Numbered from the stretch's first letter, positions 18,519-29,851 are shown. The stretch is DNA of 64,000 bases from Candidatus Multivoradales bacterium (GCA_965223325.1 CBDCWI010000002.1:1184001-1248000); one strand, 5' to 3'. Notes: generated by a model from the sequence alone, not told the origin. Made by a program: numbers and translations.

Positions 18519-21500
18519 TTGAAGATCCTCAACGATCACGACGTCCTCGCTGAGGACCATGAAGACCGCGCCACTTCTCACATCGCTGAAGCGGCGCCTG
18601 GGCAAGCGACCGGCGACGAATCGGAGAACACGCCGCGCTACTGGGTGGGCCTCGAAGATCTCGCCAACACTCCGGAGTTCCGGGAGCGGGTGGCCAACGA
18701 GTTTCCACGCTACGCGCCTCAGGAGTGGGAAGACGACGCGAGCCGTCGCGACTTCCTGAAGCTCTCGGGAGCATCGGTTGCACTGGCTGGTTTGACTGCA
18801 TGTACCCGTCAGCCGAGCGAACGGATCATTCCGTACGTCGAACAGCCCGACGGCGTCATCTATGGCAAGCCCGACTACTACGCCACCACCTTTCCGCTCG
18901 CCGGCTACGGCCAGGCAGTCATTGCCAAGAGTCGCGAAGGCCGCCCGATCAAACTGTCGGGAAACCCCGGCGCCCCGTCGAGCAAAGGCGGGACCGGCCT
19001 GGTGGCACAGTCCGAAATCCTGCGGCTCTACGACCCGGATCGCAAGCAGGGCTCGAGCTACCTCGGTCGTCTGCAGCCGTGGGCCACGGTGGTCGCCGAG
19101 TTGCGCGCCCCACTCCTGGCGCAGCAAGCCATTGGCGGCGAGGGCCTGGCTATTCTGACTGGTGCCCAGAGCGGCCCCACCTTCGAGCGCCTGATGGGAG
19201 CCGTCAAAGAGCGCCTCCCGCGCGCGCGCTGGTTCCAGTACGACGCTCTGGCGCGCGACGAGGCCCGCGAAGCAGCCCGACGCGCCTTCGGTCGCGACGC
19301 CTGCGTGCACTACGACCTCGCGAAGGCCGATGTGGTGCTGGCGCTCGATGCCGACTTCCTCAACGAGGGTCCAGGCCACGTGCGCTACGCCTCAGACTTT
19401 GCGGCCCGCCGTCAGGTCGCTGCGCCCGGCGACTCGATGAACCGGCTCTACGCACTCGAGACGTCGCTCTCGGGCACCGGCGCCACCGCCGATCACCGGC
19501 GCAGCGTCTCGGCCCACGACCTGGCCACCTTCACCGTGGCCCTCGCGGCTCGACTCGGCGTCTCCGGTTCGAACGCCGGCCTCGAGGACGACATGCTGCG
19601 TCGCTGGCTCGATGCGGTCAGCGAAGACCTGGGCGCCCACCGCGGCCGCAGTCTGGTCATCGCGGGCGACTACGCGCCGGTGGAACTTCAGGTCCTGGCG
19701 CTGGCGATCAACCAGGCGCTCGGAAACATCGGGGAAACCGTCATCGTCACCGACCCGGTCCTACTGGGCGGAGACGGCCAGGCCGGCCTGCGTGACCTCG
19801 CCGCAGCAATGGAAGGCGGCGACGTTCAGGCGCTCTTCGTGCTCGGCGCAAACCCGGTCTATGACAGCGCGGCCGACATCGACTTCGGCGCCGCAATGGA
19901 AAACGTCGACCTGCGGGTGCACGTCGGCCTCCACACCGACGAGACAGCCGCCCTCTGCCACTGGCAGATCGGCGGCACTCACTTCCTCGAAAGTTGGGGC
20001 GACTGCCGATCCTTCGATGGCACCCTGTCGGTCATTCAGCCGCTCATCGAACCCCTCTACGACGGCAAGAGCGATCTCGAGATTCTGGCTCTCATCGCGG
20101 GCCAGACGAACGTGTCGAGCTACGACCTGGTGCGCAACAACTGGCGCGACCTCGGCTACGGCGAAGGCGCCTGGCGGCGCGCCCTGCACGACGGTTACGT
20201 CGCCGACTCGGCCTTAGCGCACAGCGGTGGTGGGGTCTCCAGCGGTGCCGCGAGCGCCGCCGCCAGCGCACTGGCCCAGAAGGGCGCTTCAGCGAGCGAC
20301 GGCTACGACGTCCAGTTCCGTCCCGACCCGGCAATCCGCGACGGCCGCTACGCCAACAACGGCTGGCTGCAAGAGGTGCCCAGGCCGATCACTCTCCTGA
20401 CCTGGGACAACGCCGCGATCGTCGCTCCCGCCGATGCCGAGCACCTCGGAACGCAAACCGGCGACGTCGTCTGGCTACAGGACCCCAACAGCGAGCGTCG
20501 CCTCGACCTGCCGGTCCTCGTGCAGCCAGGCCAACCACGCGGCACGATCACCGTCCACATCGGCTACGGCCGCGCAATGGGCGGCCGGGTCGCTGACGGT
20601 GTGGGCTCGAACGCCAACCTTCTTCGCACCGCCGACAGCCCCTGGTCGATGAGCGGCGTGACCGTCGAGAAGAGTGGCCGCTTCCACAAGCTGGCAACCA
20701 CCCAGAGCCACTTCGTCATCCGCGACCTCGACTACGAGCTCAAGGACTACCAAGTCGAAGAGGAGCAGGTCGAGAAACGGCACCTGATCAAAGAGGCAAC
20801 GCTCGAGCACTTCCGCGAGGACCCGGAGTTCGCCGCGCATCTCGGCCACAGCCCACCGTTGACGCAACTCTTCCCGCGCTGGAAGTACGAGGGCTACTCC
20901 TGGGGCATGGCGATCGATCTGACGACCTGCACCGGTTGCCAGGCCTGCGTGGTGTCGTGCCAGGCCGAGAACAACATCCCGGTCGTGGGTAGAGAGAAGG
21001 TCATCGAAGGTCGTGAGATGCAGTGGCTGCGCATCGACCGCTACTTCGAAGGCCCGATCGACCAACCGCGCATTCATCATCAACCGATGCCCTGCCAGCA
21101 GTGCGAGCAGGCCCCCTGCGAGGTGGTTTGCCCGGTGGCTGCGACGGTCCACGGACCGGAAGGCCTCAACCAGATGATCTACAACCGTTGCGTCGGTACG
21201 CGCTACTGCTCCAACAACTGCCCCTTCAAGGTGCGGCGCTTCAACTTCCTGCAGTACAACTACCACGACATCCCGGTGCTCGACCTGGCCCAGAACCCCG
21301 AAGTGAGCGTCCGTGCTCGCGGTGTGATGGAAAAGTGCACCTACTGCGTGCAACGCATCAACGCCGCACGCGGCGACGCCAAAGTCGCTGGCCGGCGTAT
21401 TCACGATGGCGAGGTGCAGACTGCCTGCCAGGAAGCCTGCCCGACCAACGCGATCACCTTCGGCGACCTCAACGACGCCAACTCCGAGGTCAACCGGAAG

Positions 21501-21698
21501 AAGGCGCTGCCGACCAACTACACGTTGCTCGACGAGCTGCAGGTGCTGCCGCGCACCAGCTACCTGGCGCGCATCGCCAACGTCAACCCGGCACTTGCCG
21601 AGCAAGAACCCTACTGGGGCGCCCATGGCTCCCACGAACCAGCCACGGACGCGACACATGACGGCGGCGACCACGCCGGCAGCGAGGAGGCTCACTGA
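18519..21698 (+). CDS. actB: Alternative complex III subunit B (molybdopterin-oxidoreductase-like domain + Fe-S domain)
   Basis: Internal Tat/lipoprotein signal SRRDFLKL...LTAC, REGRPIKL.GNP, C-terminal Fe-S motifs (CTGCQACVVSC, CQQCEQAPCEVVCP, CVGTRYCSNNCP, KCTYC). TTG start with GGAGG. Confidence 0.93.
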   Translation: MKILNDHDVLAEDHEDRATSHIAEAAPGQATGDESENTPRYWVGLEDLANTPEFRERVANEFPRYAPQEWEDDASRRDFLKLSGASVALAGLTACTRQPSERIIPYVEQPDGVIYGKPDYYATTFPLAGYGQAVIAKSREGRPIKLSGNPGAPSSKGGTGLVAQSEILRLYDPDRKQGSSYLGRLQPWATVVAELRAPLLAQQAIGGEGLAILTGAQSGPTFERLMGAVKERLPRARWFQYDALARDEAREAARRAFGRDACVHYDLAKADVVLALDADFLNEGPGHVRYASDFAARRQVAAPGDSMNRLYALETSLSGTGATADHRRSVSAHDLATFTVALAARLGVSGSNAGLEDDMLRRWLDAVSEDLGAHRGRSLVIAGDYAPVELQVLALAINQALGNIGETVIVTDPVLLGGDGQAGLRDLAAAMEGGDVQALFVLGANPVYDSAADIDFGAAMENVDLRVHVGLHTDETAALCHWQIGGTHFLESWGDCRSFDGTLSVIQPLIEPLYDGKSDLEILALIAGQTNVSSYDLVRNNWRDLGYGEGAWRRALHDGYVADSALAHSGGGVSSGAASAAASALAQKGASASDGYDVQFRPDPAIRDGRYANNGWLQEVPRPITLLTWDNAAIVAPADAEHLGTQTGDVVWLQDPNSERRLDLPVLVQPGQPRGTITVHIGYGRAMGGRVADGVGSNANLLRTADSPWSMSGVTVEKSGRFHKLATTQSHFVIRDLDYELKDYQVEEEQVEKRHLIKEATLEHFREDPEFAAHLGHSPPLTQLFPRWKYEGYSWGMAIDLTTCTGCQACVVSCQAENNIPVVGREKVIEGREMQWLRIDRYFEGPIDQPRIHHQPMPCQQCEQAPCEVVCPVAATVHGPEGLNQMIYNRCVGTRYCSNNCPFKVRRFNFLQYNYHDIPVLDLAQNPEVSVRARGVMEKCTYCVQRINAARGDAKVAGRRIHDGEVQTACQEACPTNAITFGDLNDANSEVNRKKALPTNYTLLDELQVLPRTSYLARIANVNPALAEQEPYWGAHGSHEPATDATHDGGDHAGSEEAH

Positions 21699-23089
21699 TG
21701 GCCCTTGCGGAAAAGAAGGAGAGTCACGACTCCATCCAGGACATCCAGCCGCCGGTCTTCGTACCGCCGGAAGAAAACCCGGCGACGATCACCGAGACCA
21801 TCTCGGGTGTCATCTTCGGCAAGACCTATCTATGGTGGATCCTGGCGCTGGGAGTGAGTTTCTCGCTCCTCAGCATCGGCGGCCTCGCCCTGACCTGGCT
21901 GCTTCTGAAGGGTGTCGGCATCTGGGGCGTCAACGTTCCAGTCGCCTGGGGCTTCGCGATCATCAACTTCGTCTGGTGGATCGGTATCGGACACGCCGGC
22001 ACCTTGATCTCGGCGATCCTGTTGCTCCTGCAGCAGGAGTGGCGCACCTCGATCAACCGGTTCGCGGAAGCGATGACCCTGTTCGCAGTCGCCTGTGCGG
22101 GCATCTTCCCGATCTTCCACACCGGTCGCCCGTGGCTGGCGTACTGGCTCCTTCCCTACCCCAACTCGATGAGCCTGTGGCCGAACTTCCGGTCGCCGCT
22201 GATCTGGGACGTGTTCGCGGTTTCGACCTATTTCACGATCTCGCTCGTCTTCTGGTACACCGGCCTGGTTCCCGATCTCGCCACCATGCGCGATCGCGCC
22301 AAGAAGCCCTGGCTGAAGCGGATCTACGGCCTGTTCGCGCTCGGTTGGCGGGGCGCTGCCAACCACTGGCACAACTACGAAAAGGCCTACCTCCTGCTCG
22401 CCGGCCTTTCGACGCCGCTGGTGCTCTCCGTCCACTCCGTCGTTTCGTTCGACTTTGCGGTCGCCCAGCTGCCGGGCTGGCACGCCACGATCTTCCCGCC
22501 CTACTTCGTTGCCGGCGCCATCTACGCCGGCTTCGCGATGGTGCTCACCTTGATGATCCCGCTGCGCATCATCTTCAAGCTCGAGAACTACATCACCACC
22601 AAGCATCTCGAGAACTGCGGCAAGGTCATGCTGGTCACCGGTCTGATCGTTGCCTACGGCTACATGACCGAGATCTTCATGGCCTGGTACTCGGGCAACG
22701 TCTTCGAGCGTTTCATGATGTACAACCGGGTGTTCGGCCAGTCGTGGTGGGCCTACTGGGCGCTCATGTTGTGCAACCTCATCGTTCCGCAGCTGATGTG
22801 GATCCGCCGTTTCCGGCGGTCGATGTTCTGGCTGTTCTTCGTCAGCCAGTTCGTCAACGTCGGCATGTGGCTCGAGCGCTTCGTCATCGTCGTCACCAGC
22901 CTCCAGCGCGACTTCCTGGTCAGCTCCTGGGGCAACTACCGCGGGACGATCTGGGACTGGGCTGCCTACATTGGCACCATCGGTCTCTTCCTCTCGCTCA
23001 TCTTCATCTTCATCCGCATCCTTCCGGCGATCTCGATCTTCGAGATCAAGACCGTCTCGAAGGAAGGCAAGTCGGTGGGGCATCACTAG
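21698..23089 (+). CDS. actC: Alternative complex III quinol-binding NrfD/PsrC-type subunit
   Basis: WGFAIINFVWWIGIGHAGTLISA, NRFAEAMT, SPLIWD, VHSVVSFDF, ERFVIV. Confidence 0.95.
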   Translation: MALAEKKESHDSIQDIQPPVFVPPEENPATITETISGVIFGKTYLWWILALGVSFSLLSIGGLALTWLLLKGVGIWGVNVPVAWGFAIINFVWWIGIGHAGTLISAILLLLQQEWRTSINRFAEAMTLFAVACAGIFPIFHTGRPWLAYWLLPYPNSMSLWPNFRSPLIWDVFAVSTYFTISLVFWYTGLVPDLATMRDRAKKPWLKRIYGLFALGWRGAANHWHNYEKAYLLLAGLSTPLVLSVHSVVSFDFAVAQLPGWHATIFPPYFVAGAIYAGFAMVLTLMIPLRIIFKLENYITTKHLENCGKVMLVTGLIVAYGYMTEIFMAWYSGNVFERFMMYNRVFGQSWWAYWALMLCNLIVPQLMWIRRFRRSMFWLFFVSQFVNVGMWLERFVIVVTSLQRDFLVSSWGNYRGTIWDWAAYIGTIGLFLSLIFIFIRILPAISIFEIKTVSKEGKSVGHH

Positions 23090-23668
23090 ATGGCAAACAC
23101 AGAACATTCCGTGACCGGGCACTCCATGACCGGGAACAATGACGAACTCTTCGGCGTCGCCGCCAGCTTCGCTGACCCCCAGGACCTCGTGGCTGCCGCC
23201 GAGAAGGTCTACGACCAGGGTTACCGCGACATCAACACCTACACGCCCTACCCGATCGAGGGCGCCTGGGAAGCCATCGGCCATCATCGTTCGCCGATGT
23301 CGATGATCACCCTGATCGGCGGTGTCACCGGCTGCCTCGCAGCGTTCGGCTTCCTGACCTGGGCGTCGGTGATCGACTACCCGCTCAACGTCGGCGGACG
23401 ACCGACGTTCTCCTGGCCAGCCTGGATCCCGCCGACCTTCGAGACCACGATTCTGTTTGCCGGTCTCTCGGCCGCCATCGGCATGTTCCTGGTCAACGGC
23501 CTGCCAAAGCCCTATCACCCGATGTTCGGTATGCCGGGATTCGAGCGCGCCACCCAGGACCGCTATGTGCTCTGCATCGAGGCCACTGATCCCAAGTTCG
23601 ACCGCAGCGCAGCGGCTGAGTTGCTGCGCGGTTTCGACCCCGAGGAGGTGCACGAAGTTGCGCACTGA
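23090..23668 (+). CDS. actD: Alternative complex III subunit D (DUF3341)
   Basis: YTPYPIEG, DYPLNVGGRP..SWPA.IP.TFE.TIL, NGLP.PYHP.F. Confidence 0.92.
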   Translation: MANTEHSVTGHSMTGNNDELFGVAASFADPQDLVAAAEKVYDQGYRDINTYTPYPIEGAWEAIGHHRSPMSMITLIGGVTGCLAAFGFLTWASVIDYPLNVGGRPTFSWPAWIPPTFETTILFAGLSAAIGMFLVNGLPKPYHPMFGMPGFERATQDRYVLCIEATDPKFDRSAAAELLRGFDPEEVHEVAH

Positions 23669-24317
23669 TTCCCTGATTCACCGCTCTCGATTGATCGCCG
23701 TCATCGCTGCCGGCCTGGCCCTCGCTGGCCTCGGTTGCCGGCAAGACATGCACGATCAACCGAAGCTCGAGCCCCTCGAGTGGAGCGCCTTCTTCCCTGA
23801 CGGCCGTGGTTCCAGGCAAGCCCCGGCGCACACCATCGCGCGTGGAACGTTGCCGAACTCGAGCCCACTGTTTACCGGTGTCGAGGACAACGGTGAGTTC
23901 GTCTCCGCCCTCCCGGTACAGCTCAGCGCCGAGCTCCTCGATCGCGGCGAAGAGCGCTTCAACATCTACTGCACTCCCTGCCACGACCGCGCCGGCGGCG
24001 GCCGCGGCATGATCGTCGAGCGCGGCTTCCGTCAGCCTCCGAGCTACCACGAGGACCGTCTGCTCGAGATGCCGGTGGGCTATCTCTTCGACGTCATCAC
24101 CAACGGCTACGGCCAGATGTCTGGCTACTCTGCGCAGATCAAGCCGGCCGACCGCTGGGCGATCACCGCCTGGATCCGCGTGCTGCAGAAGAGCCAGAAC
24201 GTTGATCGAACGGAACTCACCGGCGACGAGCTCCGTCTCGTCGCCGACGGTGCGGTCGTCGTCGCCGAAGACGAGACGCACGCCAACGACTCCCACGCCG
24301 CAGAAGAGGCCCACTGA
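23658..24317 (+). CDS. actE: Alternative complex III monoheme cytochrome c lipoprotein
   Basis: TTG start after GAGGAGG, lipobox LGC-RQDMHDQPK, CTPCH, distal M (G.GQM), DRWAI. Confidence 0.92.
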   Translation: MRTDSLIHRSRLIAVIAAGLALAGLGCRQDMHDQPKLEPLEWSAFFPDGRGSRQAPAHTIARGTLPNSSPLFTGVEDNGEFVSALPVQLSAELLDRGEERFNIYCTPCHDRAGGGRGMIVERGFRQPPSYHEDRLLEMPVGYLFDVITNGYGQMSGYSAQIKPADRWAITAWIRVLQKSQNVDRTELTGDELRLVADGAVVVAEDETHANDSHAAEEAH

Positions 24318-25513
24318 TGGAAGCGAACACAATCTCCGGTGTTGACCCGCAGCGCTACCTGCTGCCAGACACCTACAAGAGCTCGCAGAACATCGCCCTG
24401 ATGGTCGGCGCGATTGGAACCGTCGCGTGCATCATCGGCTTTCTGACCGACCACAGCCAGTTCTTCAAGTCCTACCTGGTGGGCTGGATGTTCTGGCTGA
24501 TGATCGCCCTCGGCAGCCTCGGCTGGCTGATGATCAACCACCTGACCGCCGGTGGCTGGGGCATCGTGTTGCGACGGCCCTGGGAAGCCGCCTCGCGTAC
24601 CATCCCAGTGCTTGCGATTCTCTCGTTGCCGTTCTTCTTCGGTATGGGAGACATCTTCTCCTGGGCGCGCCCGGAAGCCGCGCAGGACGCGCTCATCCAG
24701 GCCAAGGCGGCGTATCTCGACACCGGCTTCTTCTGGGTGCGCTGGGTCATCTACTTCGGCATTCTCTCGATCTGGGCGTTCCTCCTTTCGGGACGCTCCA
24801 GGCAGCAGGACGAAACCGGAGATCCCAACGCCACCCGCCGGCTGCGCAACCTCTCGGGGCCCGGCCTGGTGCTCTACGTCATCGCGACCTCCTTCATGGC
24901 CTGGGACTGGCTCATGTCTCTCCAGCCCCATTGGTTCTCGAGTCTCTACGGTTTCTGGTTCGTGTCGATGACCGCCCTCTCGGCACTGGCGTTCAGCTGC
25001 ATCCTCGCCTGGTCGCTCGACAAACGCCAACCAATGGTCGATGTCTTCCGCGAGAAGCACTTCCATGACATGGGCAAGCTGGTACTGGCACTCACCATGT
25101 TCTGGGCCTACATGACCCTGTCCCAGTTCCTGATCAGCTGGGCGGGCAACATCCCGGAGTTCATCATCTGGTACACCGAGCGTAACCAGGGTGGTTGGAA
25201 GCCCTACACATACTTCCTGATCATCTTCCACTTCTTCGTGCCCTTCCTGATCCTGCTCTCGGCGGCAATCAAGAAGAGGCCCAGGCAACTCGCTCTAGTC
25301 GCTCTCTACATGCTGGTGATGCAGTGGGTCGACATCTACTGGCAGGCCGGCCCGGCGTGGCACAAGCAGCTCACCATTCATTGGCTCGACTTTGCCGCCG
25401 TGGCAGCAGTTGGTGGCTTCTGGCTGTTCCTCTTCTTCTACGAGCTGCGCAAGCGCACTCTTCTGCCGATCAACGATCCGCACATCATGGAGGTCCTCCC
25501 TCATGAGTCATGA
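24317..25513 (+). CDS. actF: Alternative complex III subunit F
   Basis: Multi-pass membrane protein; DWLMSL.PHWFSS, HD.GKL, W.Y..LSQFLI.W.GNIPE. Confidence 0.92.
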   Translation: MEANTISGVDPQRYLLPDTYKSSQNIALMVGAIGTVACIIGFLTDHSQFFKSYLVGWMFWLMIALGSLGWLMINHLTAGGWGIVLRRPWEAASRTIPVLAILSLPFFFGMGDIFSWARPEAAQDALIQAKAAYLDTGFFWVRWVIYFGILSIWAFLLSGRSRQQDETGDPNATRRLRNLSGPGLVLYVIATSFMAWDWLMSLQPHWFSSLYGFWFVSMTALSALAFSCILAWSLDKRQPMVDVFREKHFHDMGKLVLALTMFWAYMTLSQFLISWAGNIPEFIIWYTERNQGGWKPYTYFLIIFHFFVPFLILLSAAIKKRPRQLALVALYMLVMQWVDIYWQAGPAWHKQLTIHWLDFAAVAAVGGFWLFLFFYELRKRTLLPINDPHIMEVLPHES

Positions 25514-26030
25514 CGAACACAACCCCGCGATGGGCCACGGCTTCGAGCCGGGTTCTGCCGAGAAGGGCCTGCAGTACCGGCTCATCTACTTCGCCCTCAT
25601 GGCGATCATCGCGCTGTGCGTTTTCTTCAGCATGGCGCTGTGGCCAATGGTCAAGGGCATGAGCTACATGGAGGCTCGCGACTCGGACACGCCGCTCCTC
25701 GACGCTCAGCTCGAAACGCTGCGGCCTGCAGGCGCTCTCCTACAACCCGACCCACCCGCCGACCTCGAGCGCCTCGAAAAGCGCGACGACCACCAGCTCA
25801 ACAGCTACGGCTGGGTCGACCAGGCCAGCGGACGCGCTCACATTCCGCTCGAGATCGCACGCCAGAAGGTCCTCGACGAGGGCCTGCCGCAGGCGGCCTA
25901 CGCCTTCCAGAGTCTTCCCGAGAGCAGCATTCACAGCGAGACCTATCCCGAGGGCGTTTCTACCGAGCCGCCCGCCTTCACCGCCGGGACGCAGAACGCC
26001 GCCGAGGAGGAGCACACTGGCGGTCACTGA
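25503..26030 (+). CDS. Small single-TM ACIII-associated protein (ActG-like)
   Basis: One TM segment, LQPDP..DL, LNSYGWVD..G..HIP.E.A; lies between actF and SCO. Confidence 0.75.
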   Translation: MSHDEHNPAMGHGFEPGSAEKGLQYRLIYFALMAIIALCVFFSMALWPMVKGMSYMEARDSDTPLLDAQLETLRPAGALLQPDPPADLERLEKRDDHQLNSYGWVDQASGRAHIPLEIARQKVLDEGLPQAAYAFQSLPESSIHSETYPEGVSTEPPAFTAGTQNAAEEEHTGGH

Positions 26031-26055
26031 CCGCCGCTACCGGACTCGAGCAACC

Positions 26056-26940
26056 ATGATCACACCCAAACCCTTCCCACACCGCTTCGTCAGAGCGTTT
26101 GCGCTGGTGCTCGCGGGCCTTCTCGCCGCGCCGCTCTCGGCACAATCTCAGCGCATGGCGGTGTCGCGCAACAAGGTCACGCCAGACCCCGAGCAGGAGA
26201 ACCGCCTGCCGCCGGAGCTACGAGACCTCGGTTGGGAGCAGAACCTCGGGGCCGCAGTACCCGAGAACCTCGTGTTCACCGACCACAACGGGAACGAGGT
26301 CGAGTTCGCCGACCTGCTCGGGAAGCAGCCGGTGATCCTCGCGCCGGTCTACTACGAGTGCCCGATGCTCTGTTCGCTGGTCCTCGACGGTGTAACGCGT
26401 GGTTTGAAACCGCTCAAGTTCGGCGTCGGAGACGAGTTCCGAGTGGTCGCGTTGTCGATCGATCCGCGTGAAGACGCCGAACTCGCCGCCGCCACCCGTC
26501 AGTCGGCAATCTCACGCTATGGCCGCGACGAAGCCGATCCGGAGGCCTGGACTTTTCTCACCGGCGAGAAGGTTCAGATCGACCAGCTCACCGATGCGGT
26601 CGGCTTCAAGTACGCCTACGACGAGCGCACCGGTCTATACAACCACGCCGGCGGTGTGGTGCTCCTCACTCCGGACGGCAGGGTGTCGCGCTACTTCTAC
26701 GGTGTCGACTACGCACCTCGCGACCTGCGACTCGGACTGGTCGAGGCTGCCGACGAGAAGATCGGTAACGTCGTCGACCAGATCCTGCTGTTTTGCTACC
26801 AGTACGACCCTGCCCTGGGGAAGTACTCCACCGCAGTCACCAATATCGTTCGCGCCGCCGGTGTACTGACCGTAGTCGCCATGGCTCTTTTCATTCTCAT
26901 GATGCTGCGCCGCGAACAGAAGGAGCCCGCCCACGCCTAG
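26056..26940 (+). CDS. SCO/SenC copper chaperone
   Basis: YYECPMLC (CxxxC), conserved His (YNHAG), C-terminal LLFCYQYDP and TM segment. Confidence 0.92.
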   Translation: MITPKPFPHRFVRAFALVLAGLLAAPLSAQSQRMAVSRNKVTPDPEQENRLPPELRDLGWEQNLGAAVPENLVFTDHNGNEVEFADLLGKQPVILAPVYYECPMLCSLVLDGVTRGLKPLKFGVGDEFRVVALSIDPREDAELAAATRQSAISRYGRDEADPEAWTFLTGEKVQIDQLTDAVGFKYAYDERTGLYNHAGGVVLLTPDGRVSRYFYGVDYAPRDLRLGLVEAADEKIGNVVDQILLFCYQYDPALGKYSTAVTNIVRAAGVLTVVAMALFILMMLRREQKEPAHA

Positions 26941-27122
26941 GACCCAACCTCAGTCATTTCGTCGCTTTTGACGCGTTCAGCCTGGAGAGCTTGCCCACCA
27001 ACGAGCTTTCCAGGTTGAGCGAACCGAAGGACCCGAGAGGCCTCAGCCATGGCCCCTCGTGACCCTCAGGTTCGTTTGACACCAACCAGAGACCCCTCGC
27101 CCCCCGGCGGGTGGGAATCGAC

Positions 27123-28190
27123 ATGGAGTCTTCCAGCATGCCAGACATCATCAAGAACGCCCTGCCAGCGCTCTTCGACAACATCCCCCTCCTCCCCGAA
27201 CAGGCATCGACCGTGGCCGGAGAAGTGGACCTCCTGATGATCGCGTGGACCCTGGTCTCGTTCGTTTCGGGCACCACCGTGGTTGCGGTCATCCTGTTCA
27301 TGATGTTCCACTATCGCCGCCGTTCCACCACCGAGACCGGTGGCCCCGAGTTTCACAACCCGATGATCGAAATCATCTCGATGGCGATTCCCTTCGTCGT
27401 CTGCATGGTGATGTTCACCTGGGGCGCCAAGGTCTTTGTCGATCTGAAGCAACCGCCGGCCGACGCGGTGGAGTACTTCGCCTTCGGCAAGCAGTGGATG
27501 TGGAAGTACCAGCACCCCAACGGCAAGCGCCAGATCAACGACCTGACGATCCCGATCAACACCCCGATCAAGGTCACCATGACCTCAGAAGACGTCGTGC
27601 ACGCGTTCTTCGTGCCAGACTTCCGGGTCAAGCAGGACGCCTTCCCAGGCATGTACACAACGGTCTGGTTCGAGGCCACCAAACTCGGTGACTACCATAT
27701 GTTCTGCGCCGAGTACTGCGGCACCGACCACGCCGGCATGGGCGGCACCGTTCACGTCGTGAGCGAGGCCGACTATCAGAACTGGCTGCTCGACGATGAG
27801 CTGAGCCCCGCGCCTTCGACATCGGGTGAACAGCTCTTTACCTCGCTCGCCTGCACCACCTGCCACACCGGTGAAGATTCAGGCCGCGGCCCGGCGCTGC
27901 ACGGCGTTGCCGGCAGCCAGATCGCGCTCGCGAATGGCGAAACCGTTGTCGCCGATGACGCCTTCCTCCGCCAGTCGATCGTCGAGCCGCGCGCTCATGT
28001 GCGAGCCGGTTTCACCGAGCTCATGCCGACCTACCAGGGGCAGGTCACCGAGGAGCAACTCTTCCAGCTGGTCGACTACATCAAGTCCCTAGAAGCACCG
28101 CCCGACACGCTGGCCGACGACCGTGAAGCTGTGACCGTCGCCCCATCCGAAGATCGCACCCCCAACCCCGCCGTCCTTTCTGGAGGCTGA
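27123..28190 (+). CDS. coxB: Cytochrome c oxidase subunit II with fused cytochrome c (caa3-type)
   Basis: QWMW, DVVHAF, CuA motif [13 protein letters not shown]-terminal CTTCH. Start uncertain (27111, 27123 or 27138). Confidence 0.93.
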   Translation: MESSSMPDIIKNALPALFDNIPLLPEQASTVAGEVDLLMIAWTLVSFVSGTTVVAVILFMMFHYRRRSTTETGGPEFHNPMIEIISMAIPFVVCMVMFTWGAKVFVDLKQPPADAVEYFAFGKQWMWKYQHPNGKRQINDLTIPINTPIKVTMTSEDVVHAFFVPDFRVKQDAFPGMYTTVWFEATKLGDYHMFCAEYCGTDHAGMGGTVHVVSEADYQNWLLDDELSPAPSTSGEQLFTSLACTTCHTGEDSGRGPALHGVAGSQIALANGETVVADDAFLRQSIVEPRAHVRAGFTELMPTYQGQVTEEQLFQLVDYIKSLEAPPDTLADDREAVTVAPSEDRTPNPAVLSGG

Positions 28191-28195
28191 TCGTT

Positions 28196-29851
28196 ATGTC
28201 GACTGCAGCAAGTACCCCAAGGGTTCACTACCTGAACCACGACTTCAGCATCCGCTCGTGGATGCTGTCAATCGACCACAAGCGGATCGCGTGGCTCTAC
28301 CTGGTCACGATCTCGATCTTCTTCGCGATCGGCGGCCTCTTCGCGATGATGGTGCGACTCGAACTGCTCACCGCACAGGGCGATCTCATGAGCGCCGACA
28401 CCTACAACCGGATGTTCACCCAGCACGGTGTGGTGATGATCTTCCTGTTCCTGATCCCGGCGACGCCGGCGGTGATGGGCAACTTCTTGTTGCCGCTCAT
28501 GATCGGGACGGTCGACGTCGCGTTTCCCAAGATCAACCTGCTGAGTTACTACGTCTTCCTCACGGGCGCCATCATCCTGACCGCTGCGATCGTGACCGGC
28601 GGTGTCGACACCGGTTGGACCTTCTACACGCCGCTTTCGTCGACCTACTCGAACTCGGCGGTGATGTTAGGCACGTTTGGCGCGTTCATCACCGGGTTCT
28701 CATCGATTCTGACCGGGGTCAACTTCCTGGTCACCGTTCACAAGATGAGGGCCCCCGGTCTCAACTGGTTCAAGTTGCCACTCTTCGTCTGGTCGATCTA
28801 TGCCACCAGCTTGATCTTCGTCCTCGGCACGCCGGTGGTCGCGATCACCCTCCTCATGCTCTTCGTCGAGCGTGCATTCGGTCTCGGTATCTTCGATCCG
28901 GCGCTGGGCGGCGACCCGATCCTCTTCCAGCATCTCTTCTGGTTCTACTCGCATCCGGCGGTCTACATCATGATCCTGCCGGCGTTCGGCGTGATGTCGG
29001 AAGTCATCACCGCGTTCTCGCGCAAGCGCATCTTCGGCTACTCGTTCGTCGCCTTCTCGAGCGTCGGTATCGCGATTCTCGGCTTCCTGGTGTGGGCGCA
29101 TCACATGTTCACCACCGGTATGTCGGTCTACGCAGCAACGGTGTTCTCGGCGATCACAATGCTGATTGCGGTTCCCACCGCGGTGAAGGTGATCAACTGG
29201 ACGACGACGATGTACCAGGGTTCTGTGTCCTGGGAAACCCCGATGCTCTACGCCGCGGGTTTCCTCGGCCTGTTCCTGATCGGCGGTCTGACCGGCGTCA
29301 TGCTGGCCACTCTCGGCCTCGATGTGCACGTGCACGACACCTACTTCGTCGTTGCGCACTTCCACTACGTGATGGTTGGAGGTGCCATCATGGGCTTCCT
29401 GGCGGCGATCCATTTCTGGTGGCCGAAGATGACCGGTCGCATGTATCCGGCCGGCGTCTCGAAGCTCTCAGCGTTGTTCATCTTTGCCGGCTTCAACCTG
29501 ACGTTCTTCCCGCAGTTCCTACTCGGCTATATGGGAATGCCGCGCCGCTACCACTCCTATCCCGAGGAGTTCGAGGCGCTCAACATCCTGTCGTCGGCCG
29601 GCTCCAGCGTGCTGGGTGTCGGGTACCTGCTGCCCGTCATCTACTTCGGTTGGTCGCTCATCTGGGGCGCTCGCGCACCGTCCAACCCCTGGGGCGCGGT
29701 TGGCCTGGAATGGCAGACCACTTCGCCCCCGCCGGTTCTCAACTTCCACCAAAAGCCCGTGATCACCGAGGCCTACGACTACGACGGCGACATCTACCGA
29801 GATGAGCTCGAGCGTTTGTCCAGGATTCCCGAGGAGGCTCCCGTTGTCTAA
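28196..29851 (+). CDS. coxA: Cytochrome c oxidase subunit I, type A2
   Basis: [22 protein letters not shown] (YS motif of A2 enzymes), WAHH, VAHFHY, GMPRR. Confidence 0.96.
   Translation: MSTAASTPRVHYLNHDFSIRSWMLSIDHKRIAWLYLVTISIFFAIGGLFAMMVRLELLTAQGDLMSADTYNRMFTQHGVVMIFLFLIPATPAVMGNFLLPLMIGTVDVAFPKINLLSYYVFLTGAIILTAAIVTGGVDTGWTFYTPLSSTYSNSAVMLGTFGAFITGFSSILTGVNFLVTVHKMRAPGLNWFKLPLFVWSIYATSLIFVLGTPVVAITLLMLFVERAFGLGIFDPALGGDPILFQHLFWFYSHPAVYIMILPAFGVMSEVITAFSRKRIFGYSFVAFSSVGIAILGFLVWAHHMFTTGMSVYAATVFSAITMLIAVPTAVKVINWTTTMYQGSVSWETPMLYAAGFLGLFLIGGLTGVMLATLGLDVHVHDTYFVVAHFHYVMVGGAIMGFLAAIHFWWPKMTGRMYPAGVSKLSALFIFAGFNLTFFPQFLLGYMGMPRRYHSYPEEFEALNILSSAGSSVLGVGYLLPVIYFGWSLIWGARAPSNPWGAVGLEWQTTSPPPVLNFHQKPVITEAYDYDGDIYRDELERLSRIPEEAPVV

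Noticed and set aside
18519-21698. ActB as an active molybdoenzyme (anaerobic reductase)
   Set aside because: Operon context and motifs identify ACIII ActB, whose molybdopterin-like domain is known to lack the cofactor.
21830-23665. Long antisense and alternate-frame ORFs (e.g. 611 aa here, 520 aa at 13656, 515 aa at 28258, 489 aa at 54265)
   Set aside because: Shadow ORFs typical of high-GC coding DNA; they overlap confident genes and show no motifs.
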